64,000 nt of DNA, from assembly GCA_029250605.1 (NCBI GenBank), contig JAQXEZ010000002.1, forward strand, positions 22,775-86,774, written 5' to 3'. The notes beneath the pieces are model-generated. The model searched no databases and was not told where the DNA came from. It saw nothing but the letters and a program-made list of their open reading frames with translations. Positions 30,070 through 44,632 of this stretch are shown in pieces. The stretch comes from Candidatus Thalassarchaeaceae archaeon. GTDB lineage: Archaea; Thermoplasmatota; Poseidoniia; Poseidoniales; Thalassarchaeaceae. The translations under genes were made by a program, and so were the position numbers. Within the stretch, counting starts at the first letter, position 1. Every line of letters begins with the position of its first letter.

Positions 30070-30861
30070 GTGAAATCTATGAAGGCGGTCTTTTCAGCAC
30101 CAATTGGGGAACAAATGCTTCTGAAAAATGGATTGCAGGACAGGGGGCACGAGGAGAGGGTCTCCAAGATTCTAGGCGGGGTCGCATTTGGATACCTTGC
30201 ATTATGCTTCATAGCTCCCTATTTTCTTCCCTCGGATTCAGTGCCAGAGCTCTCAGGAAGAGCAAATGCTATCGATTATGCATTCGAAAACAGTTGGGGA
30301 AATCATGGTCATGAAGAAGGGGGGTCGGTTGGCCATGACCAGTCGCTGCACGGTGGTAAATTTGCGTGGAGTGAGTTGAATCCAATTTGGGCACTGGCAT
30401 ATGGTTTTGGAGATTTGAATTGTCATCAAAAACATGAGAGATCGTGGGAAATAAATGGCAATCAGATGCCAGTATGTGCAAGGGACATCGGAATATTCCT
30501 AGGATTCTCCTTGGGTTGCCTTTTCTTCTTGTTGAGAGGTGTCAACAGATGGACTGTTAGGGATACGTTCCTTTCGGTTTTCCCTGACAAATGGCTATTC
30601 GAGATTTACGAGAGAGACAGGCGGATGATTGTGATGCTATTGATAATGGGCATGGGGTTGGTTCCAATGGGGATTGATGGTTCCACTCAATTGCTTCTCG
30701 ATTCATACGAGTCAAACAATTTGCTCAGGATCATCACAGGATTAGGTGCAGGATTCGTTGGTGGTTGGTGGTTTTGTTCGGCATTCTCAGCTAGACCCAA
30801 ATTCTTCAAAGAAGCTGCCAACGTCACTCTTCCCGCTGGTTCCAGACTAGTAGTAAAGTGA
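30070..30861 (+). CDS. DUF2085-domain membrane protein (start uncertain)
   Basis: CHQKHERS, QMPVCARDIG, PMGIDG.TQ, ESNNLLR.ITG. Confidence 0.8.
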   Translation: MKSMKAVFSAPIGEQMLLKNGLQDRGHEERVSKILGGVAFGYLALCFIAPYFLPSDSVPELSGRANAIDYAFENSWGNHGHEEGGSVGHDQSLHGGKFAWSELNPIWALAYGFGDLNCHQKHERSWEINGNQMPVCARDIGIFLGFSLGCLFFLLRGVNRWTVRDTFLSVFPDKWLFEIYERDRRMIVMLLIMGMGLVPMGIDGSTQLLLDSYESNNLLRIITGLGAGFVGGWWFCSAFSARPKFFKEAANVTLPAGSRLVVK

Positions 30862-30863
30862 TT

Positions 30864-32198
30864 TCACTTCCCTAACCACCAATCGACCAATGATTCGATA
30901 TTCTCGGGGGATTGCCTCCCCTCAATCCCGCTACCTAATATCGACAATCGACTGATTGTTTCCATCAATGCACGTTCATGCCTTCCCGATTTGGCCATCT
31001 GCCCCAAGGAGAAGCGGATGTGCGTACCCGGATTGAGAGACTGCCATTTACTGATTTCCTTACGAAGGGGCCAAATTGCGAGAACAAGACGTCCAAATGG
31101 GAAGATCTCCTCTCTTAACTGCGATTTTGGTGCCTCTCGCCCGACTAGATTCTTCCTCCGGTAGACCCAACCCAATTCTTTGAGGAACCTGATTATCCTC
31201 TGCGTGTGCCTCTTAGAAACACATCGAACCGGTCCCATGGAAGATCTGAGTTCGGAAATCTCAGCCGAATTGATGAGTGAAAGGGTACCACATATAGAGG
31301 ACATTGAGTGATTTAGGATGTTTTTTGGATAATTATGGTGTTCTTTTTCCATTGAGGAAAGGGATTTTTTATGACTCTCCTGGGCTGATTTGAGAACTTT
31401 CCATGGTGCGTCTCCGTCCAACCATCCCAACTTTGTCTTCGGTGGTGTAATGCCAATATCTGGAAGTGTGCTTTGGTTTTGTGATTCCCTTACAATAGCC
31501 CTAATCTGTAATTGGTCAACTTGTTCCATTTCGACATTGATTGGAGTTGGTCTGCTGTTCATGAATGAGCGAATTGCCTCCCTCAGGGAGTTATGAAGTT
31601 GATTCTGAGTCCCTTCGTTTGAAATCGGGCCCAGTATTGCGCCCATGTCGAATGGAGTTGGCATTTCCATTTCTCCCGAGAGTAGTTGCCTGTATCCATC
31701 TCTGATCCGAATCTGCAATTCTGATGTCTCAAAGTACTCTTCCTTGCTGGAGAGGTCGCGGAGAGTTCCCTTTGAGATTCTCTCCAAGGCGATTTCTGGA
31801 TCGCAATCTACCCAGATACAAAGATCCGGTATTAATGCGGCCGAATTAATCTGAGCGGTCCTCTCTAGTCCGATTCCGCCAACAATTCCCTGATACACAA
31901 GAGAAGAGTGGACATTTCTGCCACTTACTACTGCCCTGCCTTCTTGAAGTCGTGGTAGAATCCACCCATGGGAGTGATCTAACCTATCTGCCGCGAAAAG
32001 TCCTGCCTCCTGCTCAGGAGATAGTGTCTGTCTCCTAACGGAATCTATTGCCAGCCTCCCTAATGCATGATCCCTCCTAGGTTCAGCTGTTACCTCAACA
32101 GATCTGAAGCAGAACTCGGATTGTAGAACCTCGTGCACAATCTGTGTGGCTAGGCCCTTACCACTGCCATCCCCGCCTTCAATTGAGAACAGATACAT
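30864..32198 (-). CDS. tmk: Thymidylate kinase with large C-terminal extension
   Basis: IEGGDGSGK P-loop, EP, LFAADR, SSLVYQG, PDL; about 230 extra residues. Confidence 0.8.
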   Translation of the reverse strand: MYLFSIEGGDGSGKGLATQIVHEVLQSEFCFRSVEVTAEPRRDHALGRLAIDSVRRQTLSPEQEAGLFAADRLDHSHGWILPRLQEGRAVVSGRNVHSSLVYQGIVGGIGLERTAQINSAALIPDLCIWVDCDPEIALERISKGTLRDLSSKEEYFETSELQIRIRDGYRQLLSGEMEMPTPFDMGAILGPISNEGTQNQLHNSLREAIRSFMNSRPTPINVEMEQVDQLQIRAIVRESQNQSTLPDIGITPPKTKLGWLDGDAPWKVLKSAQESHKKSLSSMEKEHHNYPKNILNHSMSSICGTLSLINSAEISELRSSMGPVRCVSKRHTQRIIRFLKELGWVYRRKNLVGREAPKSQLREEIFPFGRLVLAIWPLRKEISKWQSLNPGTHIRFSLGQMAKSGRHERALMETISRLSILGSGIEGRQSPENIESLVDWWLGK

Positions 32199-32214
32199 GA
32201 GACTCTCCTGATGC

Positions 32215-32955
32215 CTAATGGCGGCTACCAGAAAACTGTTCCTTAGACAATGTCACCAGCCCCATGCCAATCAAAATTAGTAAAGGGCCGATGAAAATCA
32301 TCCCCCTGCTCCAGAGACCTAAGAAGGAAAGCCACCACGATCTTCTGTAGCTATTGCCACGATAAGCCTCGACGCCACCGTAGACCCCCATTAGTCCTAG
32401 AAGGACGGTCATCAAGGCAATAGCAGTGGCAATGGAAACCGAATTGGACTGGTAACTCTCGCCGCGTCGGTCAATAACGTTCTCGCCATTTCCCTCAGAC
32501 ATGGTGATGACTATCTGGGCTTCGTCGCCAGGGACGAAAAACAACTTAGTCGTATTATTACCGCTATGCGTAAACGATAGTAGAGCAGGATCTCTACGGA
32601 TTTCAGGCATAGTGAATCTACCGTCTGAATCTGTAAATGTCTCCTTTCCGGTAGTTGCACCCTCTACAGAGAGAAGTCGTACCCTCACCCCTTCAACGGG
32701 TTCTCCGCCTGATGAATTCCCTGTCCTTTCAGAGATTACGATGCCGGATACGTCAGAATATTCCTCAGATGAGTCTAGAGTGGCCGAGAGAATCTCATCC
32801 GGATTTCCTGAGACGAGTAGAATCCCCAACTGCACACCGAGAAGGCTACCGATGATGATTAAAATCGCCCCTGCAACCCTCGTTGATGGCTCTTCGGAAA
32901 TGTCTTCCATGAAATACTCAAGATCGATGCCTCCCACGACATCTTCGTCGGCCAT
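32215..32955 (-). CDS. Membrane protein with carboxypeptidase-regulatory-like domain
   Basis: VSGIV...GEPVEGVRV...TDSDGRF beta-sandwich flanked by TM helices. Confidence 0.65.
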   Translation of the reverse strand: MADEDVVGGIDLEYFMEDISEEPSTRVAGAILIIIGSLLGVQLGILLVSGNPDEILSATLDSSEEYSDVSGIVISERTGNSSGGEPVEGVRVRLLSVEGATTGKETFTDSDGRFTMPEIRRDPALLSFTHSGNNTTKLFFVPGDEAQIVITMSEGNGENVIDRRGESYQSNSVSIATAIALMTVLLGLMGVYGGVEAYRGNSYRRSWWLSFLGLWSRGMIFIGPLLILIGMGLVTLSKEQFSGSRH

Positions 32956-32963
32956 GACATGCC

Positions 32964-33896
32964 CTAACGATGGGAGTCCTTGAAGTTGGGCGTTTCCAGA
33001 TCTTTCTCCTTGGGGGTTATTCGGAATAAGAAAAATGCCGAAGCAATAGTTACTACAGATATCGCCATCAATGTGAACAAATGTGAGCTCCCATCAGCAC
33101 CCAATTTCTCTTCTGGGACTGTGAAATTGACCAAGTACATCTGCGTCCAGTTCTTCCCAGTAATCCAGAAACTACCAGAATTCCGATCAAATGCTATGCC
33201 GTTCAATACCTCTTCATTGCTATTTCCCTGAATGGAAGTGACGGCCAATGGGGATGAGAAAAAGTCCACCTTACCCGAAGCAGACGAGATTCTAAGGATT
33301 GTCTCCTCCATCCAAATGTTTGCATATATTTTGTCATCTACACATTCCAATTCATTTAGGTTTGAAACAGGAACGCCATCCCAAGTTACCTGTGTGGTGA
33401 AATCTATTTCAAAGCTATCTGGATCCCTGAATGAAAGCTCAGATGTCCCATTGGATGTAACAATGTGCTCCCCATTGTAGCATATCCCCCAACCCTCGCC
33501 TTCGAAACTGAAGTTTCCAATTATACTAAAATTTGAGATGTGAAATTCCAATGCCACTCCTGCCCTCCAAGTCAGCATAATGATTGACTGGCCCTTTACG
33601 GTAATCCCTTCTCCGAAGTAAGAGTCGTCAATCTTAGTCTGTCTGATAATCTCCCCATTTTGTGAGTCAATCTCGCTAATTCTCGAATGGCCATAAAGGC
33701 CCGAACTCTCGAAAATTGAGTTTTCCAGTACTTCCAGCCCTTGTGTGAACGAAGATGAGTCGTGAGGCAGTGTTCGCAATATCTCAACATCCCTCTCTTC
33801 GGCCGTATGATTGCCCTCCTCGGCCATTGACATCTGTGAAAGGAGTATGAGGAGCATTGCGATGGGAACGATTGATGGCCCCGTCCCCCTGCCCAT
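32964..33896 (-). CDS. Glutaminyl-peptide cyclotransferase (type I, plant/bacterial beta-propeller), membrane anchored
   Basis: FTQGL, ESSGLYG, FGEG, LTW, EGWG, LNELE, ANIW, VLNGIA, TGKNW; signal peptide and C-terminal TM. Confidence 0.9.
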   Translation of the reverse strand: MGRGTGPSIVPIAMLLILLSQMSMAEEGNHTAEERDVEILRTLPHDSSSFTQGLEVLENSIFESSGLYGHSRISEIDSQNGEIIRQTKIDDSYFGEGITVKGQSIIMLTWRAGVALEFHISNFSIIGNFSFEGEGWGICYNGEHIVTSNGTSELSFRDPDSFEIDFTTQVTWDGVPVSNLNELECVDDKIYANIWMEETILRISSASGKVDFFSSPLAVTSIQGNSNEEVLNGIAFDRNSGSFWITGKNWTQMYLVNFTVPEEKLGADGSSHLFTLMAISVVTIASAFFLFRITPKEKDLETPNFKDSHR

Positions 33897-33969
33897 GTAC
33901 GAACGATGCTCCATCGATGTTAAAATACGTCCTCGAGCAGTTTGGAGCAGATTGGTAAACGAGGTGCTA

Positions 33970-36900
33970 ATGATGGGTGGTGGTTCGGAAATCTACTCTA
34001 CTAGGAAAGCTGTGCTGACAGTAGTTTCGATACTAGTTGTTTTCATTGCTCCTATTTTTTCCTCTGAAGGGCTAGCAAGCACTGGAGGGCAGCCAAGAAA
34101 CTGCCTGAATACGTGGTCGGTGGACGATACGGACAACATGACGACCAATGACGGGACCTTTGCAGTAACTGTGGAGAAAATCTCCACCAACGCAGCGATT
34201 TTCGTTGAAGACGGTCAAATCGTTTCATCTACTGTTCTGAATGACATTGTGTCAAACTGGGAATCCATAATTTTCCCTTCCACTACCAACTACTTCGGGA
34301 CCCCTCCGGATATTGATGACAATTGTCAGATAGAAATTGCCATTCTGTCAATAGATGGGCCTGGTGGGGAAGAGGGTTATTTTGAATCTGGAGTTTCATC
34401 GTTGCGAGAGGCATTATTCCTAGATATCGATGATCTGTCAGAAAGAAATCGGGTGATGGCGCACGAGTTTGGGCAATTGATTCATCACGAGAATGACCCT
34501 TTCGAATATTTCTGGATTGATGAGGGCGCAGCGGGGCTTTCTGAGTTTATTAGCTACGGAGAGTCAGTGAATCTAGAAGAGGGGGCAAACTCATGGACGC
34601 TGAACTCGAGTACAAGTTTGAGATGGTGGGACGGAAGAAATTCTGATATCGGTTCAAGTTTCTTATTCTTGGCATATTTGGCAGACAAATTAGGCGGGCC
34701 TGCTGCCATCAGAGAGTTGGTGTCTAATCCTTCCCTAGGTGGGAATGGGGTTGAGAGCCTATCCAGGAACCCTGGTCCGGGATCGACTCCAATAGGGACT
34801 TCAATGAGTGAGATCTTTGCAAACTTCAGCGCAGCAGTTACTCTGGATAGCGCGCAGGGTGCGTTTGGTTTCTCCGACCTTGACTTAGTCGATGATTGCT
34901 CAAACGGTGGCTTCTGCAAGGGATCCATCAGTGCAGAGAACGATCAGTGGTCAGAGGCGTGGCAATCGTCAGGACACTCAGTGGAGGGATGGGGGCTCAA
35001 ATCATTCAGATTCACACAAGGTGATGGTTACCCCTTGAGCATCATGGTTCAACCGGACAGATTCGGTTTCGAAGGAGTCGTTCTTTCGAAAGAGGAGGCT
35101 TCTGGGACTTGGACTATGGACAAACTGAGGATTGATTCGAGCGACGGCAGGGGAACGGGACTAGTTCACGGATTTGGAAATACCACCTCCGAGGTTCTAC
35201 TCCTAGTCTGGTACAACTCCCTTGTTGATGACTGTGATTTCGACTTTGCAAATTGTGGCGTACTTTCTGGAGGAAATTACCCCGTCGGGTCATTTACCGT
35301 AAGTGCCAGTCAGGTCACGAGCCCTGCTGAGGTGTCGATAGGGTCGATAGAAGGTTTTGATCGAGACGGGGACTTCCTCGATGATAGCGTGGAAATTGGC
35401 ATCAGCGTCAGTTCTAGTGCATTTTCAGAGTCTCTGTCTGTAGAATTCTCGGCCTTCACCAATAATTCACTACATGATTCTGCGGATTTCATGGTCTCAG
35501 TAGGAAACTCTGAACCGGAAATGATCTCAGTTTGGTTTACCCCCCCATTTACCAGTGATTGGACTTTTACAACTAAGGTCAGAGACATTACTGGGGAACT
35601 GCAGGACATAGCTCAGTCACTCCCTCAGCAGATTTTCAACATGAAACCAGTTGGGTCGGGGGCAATCTCATCAAATGAAACGCAGACATGGACTCAGACG
35701 TACATCTTTGGGGGCGGTTACGACTCTTGGGGATTCGGGTTCCAAAACGGTTCTTTCGGGCACAATGAAACTCCGCAATCGTACATCTGGGATCTGGGTG
35801 ATGGGAATTCTTCGAGTTTGAAGAATCCTGTTCATTCGTTCACGAAGGAAGGGGCATACGTGATCACTCTCCTAGTCAGGGATCATGGGGGTTTCTTTTC
35901 TGAAACAATTTCATGGGAAATCTCGGTAAATGATACCTCTGAGCCGATTCCTGAGATTTCTGTAGATGGTTTGGCTATCCAAGAGGAGTTGACGGTTCAG
36001 ACGAATCAGAGAATACAATTTTCGGCCTTCGGGACGTCTGACAATGTTCCCGTGGACAAATTATTTTTCTCATGGAACTGGGGTGATGGATCTGGTGACT
36101 CTGGTACAGGAATCTTCGAAATTGGCCATTCGTGGACAGATGGCAGTAGCAATGGCACCGTATACTCATTGGAGTTGTTAGTCAGTGATGGTCACCAATC
36201 TGCACAGAAGTCCATTCTAGTCACGGTTCTAAACCGGGCGCCTTACCAGATTTTCTCGGAGGATCTGGAGGGTTTTGCGGTTACTCCACTGGAGATGCCG
36301 GATGTTTTCGAGGACGAAGATGGGATAATTGTCGAATTCAGATGGACTTTCGAAGGAGGCGTCAACTTAGGGGGGGTGGGTGTCTCACTTGCATCTGATT
36401 TCACCGAAACAAATTCATTCGAAGCTAATCCTATCGTCAGTTGGAAGGAACCAGGGGTGAAAAACGTAACACTAGAGGTGGCTGATGATGATGGAAATAC
36501 CTCCATCACTTACTTGGAAGTAGAAATCCTGAATCAACGACCAGTTGCACTTTTCGAGCGCCCTTCTGACGGAGAAATCGGTGATGCTTACATTTTCAGT
36601 AGCTCATCATTCGACCCTGACGGGGATTCGTCTGCATTATCCCACTACTGGAATTTCTCAGACCGGGACTCACCCATTGAGAATACCACTTCCGTGAGTA
36701 GGACTTTTTCAAACCCGGGACTTCACAGTGTTTCACTAGTAGTCGTCGACGAGAGAGGCTTAGAGTCTGCTCCGAAGACTTTCCTACTGTATATCGGAAA
36801 CCCATTACCTGTCCCAATAATGTCATTCATCTGCCCTAGTGATGAAGATGGATTATTGTTTGAACTTCCTGATGATGTGGAAGAGGGGGTTACTTGGAAG

Positions 36901-37923
36901 GTTCCAAGGACAGCGGAAGGAGGGGCCTTTGTTGCCCCTGGGAATCTCATCAGATTCGATGGCAGCGAGAGTTTCGACGCTGACCCGGAATTCGAAGGAA
37001 TGACATCCACGGACGCCAACAGCCCGGATTGGAATGGGATTGTGGATTGGATATGGGACTTCGGAGACGCTAGTCCCCCTTCCTCAGGACCTCAAGTTTG
37101 GCATAGCTATGAGAGATCGGGGGAATATACAGTCAGACTTACTGTAGTTGACGGTTTTGGAGGCGGGGACTCCAACACCACAGAGATGAAAGTGATAGTC
37201 TCTTCAGCCCCTCGAATCGAGACTTCAAAACCCATCAGCACCGAGTACGTTGTCGTTGGAGAATTGGTCAATCTGTCCGGGGACGCCTCCGACTCCGACT
37301 TGGAGGCTGGAATAATTGCATGGATGGACAATGATGCGTTTTTTGATAGCGATGGTGATGGCGACCCTAGCAACGATAGAGACCTGAATCTCTCTGAGAC
37401 TCTAGAGTTTGACTGGGACATCAATGTATTTGTGGATGAAGACTGCATGACTCTATCGGGGTGTGATGGCGATTCGAGGAACGACTGGATAATACCAAAT
37501 CAAACCTGGGCCATTCCCGGTGAAGTACGAATTTCAATGATGGTCTGCGATGGCTTGAGTGTCTGTGAATCTAAAGACTTCGTGATTACAGTGCTCTCCG
37601 TCCAGGATACTGCACCGCCGAAGACTCTGTCCGACTTGACCATGGAAGATCTTGTTCCAGGTAGAGAAAGCGCAGGCTTACTTGCTCTTGTTGCACTAGT
37701 TGCAGTACTAGGATGGATGGTACTCAGAGAAAGGGATGATGATGAGATGGATGCCTTGGACAATGTCAAGAAATACGATGTCGATGAGGTCGAGGCGGAA
37801 GGAGGCCTACCTGGGATGGATCAACACAGTCCCCCTCCACAACCAAAATACCTTACTGCCGACGAGCGCACCAACAAAGAGTCAGGGTACGTGCGACCGA
37901 TTAGAACGAGGCGAAAGAAGTGA
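33970..37923 (+). CDS. Large surface protein: zincin/M30-like domain, multiple PKD domains, C-terminal TM
   Basis: AHEFGQLIH...WIDEG; repeated WD(L/F)GD PKD motifs; DxDGDGD Ca-binding loops; GAGGTG RBS before ATG 33970/33973. Confidence 0.8.
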   Translation: MMGGGSEIYSTRKAVLTVVSILVVFIAPIFSSEGLASTGGQPRNCLNTWSVDDTDNMTTNDGTFAVTVEKISTNAAIFVEDGQIVSSTVLNDIVSNWESIIFPSTTNYFGTPPDIDDNCQIEIAILSIDGPGGEEGYFESGVSSLREALFLDIDDLSERNRVMAHEFGQLIHHENDPFEYFWIDEGAAGLSEFISYGESVNLEEGANSWTLNSSTSLRWWDGRNSDIGSSFLFLAYLADKLGGPAAIRELVSNPSLGGNGVESLSRNPGPGSTPIGTSMSEIFANFSAAVTLDSAQGAFGFSDLDLVDDCSNGGFCKGSISAENDQWSEAWQSSGHSVEGWGLKSFRFTQGDGYPLSIMVQPDRFGFEGVVLSKEEASGTWTMDKLRIDSSDGRGTGLVHGFGNTTSEVLLLVWYNSLVDDCDFDFANCGVLSGGNYPVGSFTVSASQVTSPAEVSIGSIEGFDRDGDFLDDSVEIGISVSSSAFSESLSVEFSAFTNNSLHDSADFMVSVGNSEPEMISVWFTPPFTSDWTFTTKVRDITGELQDIAQSLPQQIFNMKPVGSGAISSNETQTWTQTYIFGGGYDSWGFGFQNGSFGHNETPQSYIWDLGDGNSSSLKNPVHSFTKEGAYVITLLVRDHGGFFSETISWEISVNDTSEPIPEISVDGLAIQEELTVQTNQRIQFSAFGTSDNVPVDKLFFSWNWGDGSGDSGTGIFEIGHSWTDGSSNGTVYSLELLVSDGHQSAQKSILVTVLNRAPYQIFSEDLEGFAVTPLEMPDVFEDEDGIIVEFRWTFEGGVNLGGVGVSLASDFTETNSFEANPIVSWKEPGVKNVTLEVADDDGNTSITYLEVEILNQRPVALFERPSDGEIGDAYIFSSSSFDPDGDSSALSHYWNFSDRDSPIENTTSVSRTFSNPGLHSVSLVVVDERGLESAPKTFLLYIGNPLPVPIMSFICPSDEDGLLFELPDDVEEGVTWKVPRTAEGGAFVAPGNLIRFDGSESFDADPEFEGMTSTDANSPDWNGIVDWIWDFGDASPPSSGPQVWHSYERSGEYTVRLTVVDGFGGGDSNTTEMKVIVSSAPRIETSKPISTEYVVVGELVNLSGDASDSDLEAGIIAWMDNDAFFDSDGDGDPSNDRDLNLSETLEFDWDINVFVDEDCMTLSGCDGDSRNDWIIPNQTWAIPGEVRISMMVCDGLSVCESKDFVITVLSVQDTAPPKTLSDLTMEDLVPGRESAGLLALVALVAVLGWMVLRERDDDEMDALDNVKKYDVDEVEAEGGLPGMDQHSPPPQPKYLTADERTNKESGYVRPIRTRRKK

Positions 37924-38813
37924 AGATGAAAACGGCCGGGGGTTTTGGCATAAATCTCCTATTGGCGGGAATTTTCTGCTCAATTATTCTGATTCCTCCA
38001 GTCGCCAGTTCCCAATCAGTGGCCTGCGATGTTGCCCCTAGTAGTGATTGGAATACGACAGAAGATCCCCGAGAATACCTATCGGTCGGGGTTCCGGGAT
38101 CAATCGAAGCATTTGGTTTTGGCGGGGACTCTGATTTGAAACCCCTAGACAAAGACGTCAGTACCGAATGGTCTGATGGTGCATGGGACAATTTTCCAGG
38201 AATACACGTTGAGAATGAGTCTGCAACGACTATCTCACTAGTACTGGAACCGGGCTATAGATATACATTCTGTATCGACTTCAGCGCCAAGGGGGATGTC
38301 TATCTCCTGACTGGTTCGAACCTGGATATGTACACAGTAGACTTCTACTGCGACGAAGAAGGTTGGGATTTGATTTGTGATACGGAAAGCCTAAATTCCG
38401 TTCCGGTTGAGTACAGAGACCTGTTTACATGGGTGCCATTCAGGGATGCTCATGCTTACGAATCGGTTTCCTATCAGGAGTTCTCAGTAGCAATAGACTC
38501 TTCTGGATCTGCTTGGTCTTTTGCTGGTTTTGGAGGCTCTGAAGGGCAAGTTCTGCACTTGGTCCTGGATGGGTGGGACAATAGCCGAGAGGGAGATCAT
38601 CCGGCTTCTGGAAATATGAGCGTGGAGGTTCTAATCGATGTAGAAGAGAGGTTCACGCTTCCGAAGACCGCAGCATACTTCCTAATCGGTGCACTTCCGC
38701 TATCGTGCATAATAATCCCACTAATTATCCACTGGAAATATCACTCATCTGCATTGGGGGCGAGAGATGAGGAAGAGTTGGTAGAGGTCCCCCTCCTGAG
38801 GGACGGTGCCTAG
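37920..38813 (+). CDS. Secreted membrane-anchored hypothetical protein
   Basis: Signal peptide, acidic beta-rich domain, C-terminal TM; GTGA overlap with the PKD gene. Confidence 0.65.
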   Translation: MKMKTAGGFGINLLLAGIFCSIILIPPVASSQSVACDVAPSSDWNTTEDPREYLSVGVPGSIEAFGFGGDSDLKPLDKDVSTEWSDGAWDNFPGIHVENESATTISLVLEPGYRYTFCIDFSAKGDVYLLTGSNLDMYTVDFYCDEEGWDLICDTESLNSVPVEYRDLFTWVPFRDAHAYESVSYQEFSVAIDSSGSAWSFAGFGGSEGQVLHLVLDGWDNSREGDHPASGNMSVEVLIDVEERFTLPKTAAYFLIGALPLSCIIIPLIIHWKYHSSALGARDEEELVEVPLLRDGA

Positions 38814-39601
38814 GAGTACTCCAACACTTCCCATGCAATTCTCAGGTCCGAGGCGTTGATCTTCCCTTGCTGAGCCAAATGCCAACCGGACTCAGTAGTT
38901 GCAAAGACTAGTGCCTGATCCAGTGCCGGCGCGTGTATTCTTGACCAATCGCCACCCGGACCTAGTCCCATCAGTGAGTAGTTCGCCCCGGAAGACTTCA
39001 GTTGCAAAGCTGACTCAAAAATCCGCAGTGCATCTCTTCGATCCTTAGTGTAAAAACAAGCCTTTACCAAATCTCCCATCTCCTGGGCATCCATAACATC
39101 CTGAGTGATCTCGGAAGCTGAAGGGGTCTTCTCCAATGAATGTAGGGATGCGATTATACTGGTTCCATTTCCTGCTAATTTTACCAGTTCTTCCCTCTTA
39201 GTAGGGTCGATGTCAACTTCAAGGTCGATCCAATTCGGCTTACTCGCTATTGCTGCTTTGAGGACTGAAATCCTATCATCCTCACTTCCGGGATAGTGTC
39301 CCCCTTGCCTCTCTGGCCTGCAAGTAATCAACAGTGGAGTTTCTATTGTGGAAGAAATGGTCTTGATTGAATCCTCCACATCAATAGCATCCAATTCTAG
39401 TTGGTTTACAATAATCTCGATGCTCTCTTTTTCACCCTCTTCGGATTTCTTGGCAGAGGTTATCTTTTCTTCAGTGGTCCACAGAAGATCTAGCCGAGCT
39501 TCCACCAAATCTGCTCCCAATTTCACTGCCTTTGGGACATCGTTGCACATTTCTTCGACGGTCCTCCCCCTCAGTGTGACGCATACCAAGGGCTTTTGCA
39601 T
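38810..39601 (-). CDS. aroD: Type I 3-dehydroquinate dehydratase
   Basis: ADLVEARLD, LITCR...GG, IDLE, IASLH, VKA, MGLG...SR, QQG; start ATG 39601. Confidence 0.85.
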   Translation of the reverse strand: MQKPLVCVTLRGRTVEEMCNDVPKAVKLGADLVEARLDLLWTTEEKITSAKKSEEGEKESIEIIVNQLELDAIDVEDSIKTISSTIETPLLITCRPERQGGHYPGSEDDRISVLKAAIASKPNWIDLEVDIDPTKREELVKLAGNGTSIIASLHSLEKTPSASEITQDVMDAQEMGDLVKACFYTKDRRDALRIFESALQLKSSGANYSLMGLGPGGDWSRIHAPALDQALVFATTESGWHLAQQGKINASDLRIAWEVLEYS

Positions 39602-39747
39602 GTGAAAGGCCGAATTAAGTGGCCTGTTTAATCGTGTCGAGAGAGTGTGGACAATAATCGGCCCCAATTCAGCGTTTTTATCTCAAAATTAATAGTTATT
39701 GGACCTACAATAGGAGAGGGTTATAGGCCTCGTCTTCCTAAGATTAA

Positions 39748-44455
<4,708 letters not shown>

Positions 44456-44500
44456 TCGGACCGTTCTGCTTAAGCACGAATCTCTGGTCGTGTAATTACT

Positions 44501-44587
44501 GCGGCAGTCGCATAGCCTGGCCATTGCGCTGGATTGCTAATCCAGTGGTGTTTCACCTCGGGAGTTCGAATCTCCCCTGCCGCGCCA
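44501..44587 (+). tRNA. tRNA-Ser(GCT)
   Basis: Acceptor GCGGCAG/CTGCCGC, anticodon arm CTGGA-TTGCTAA-TCCAG, long variable arm, GGGAG-TTCGAAT-CTCCC T-arm, G73 plus encoded CCA. Confidence 0.95.
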
Positions 44588-44632
44588 CCAAAAGGAGGGA
44601 GGATTCATCCATCTTAATGCCCTCAGGGGCAC

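Noticed and set aside
33811-33969. Apparent head-to-head overlap of the glutaminyl cyclase and PKD ORFs
   Set aside because: Artefact of longest-ORF starts; plausible starts at 33896 (-) and 33970 (+) remove the overlap
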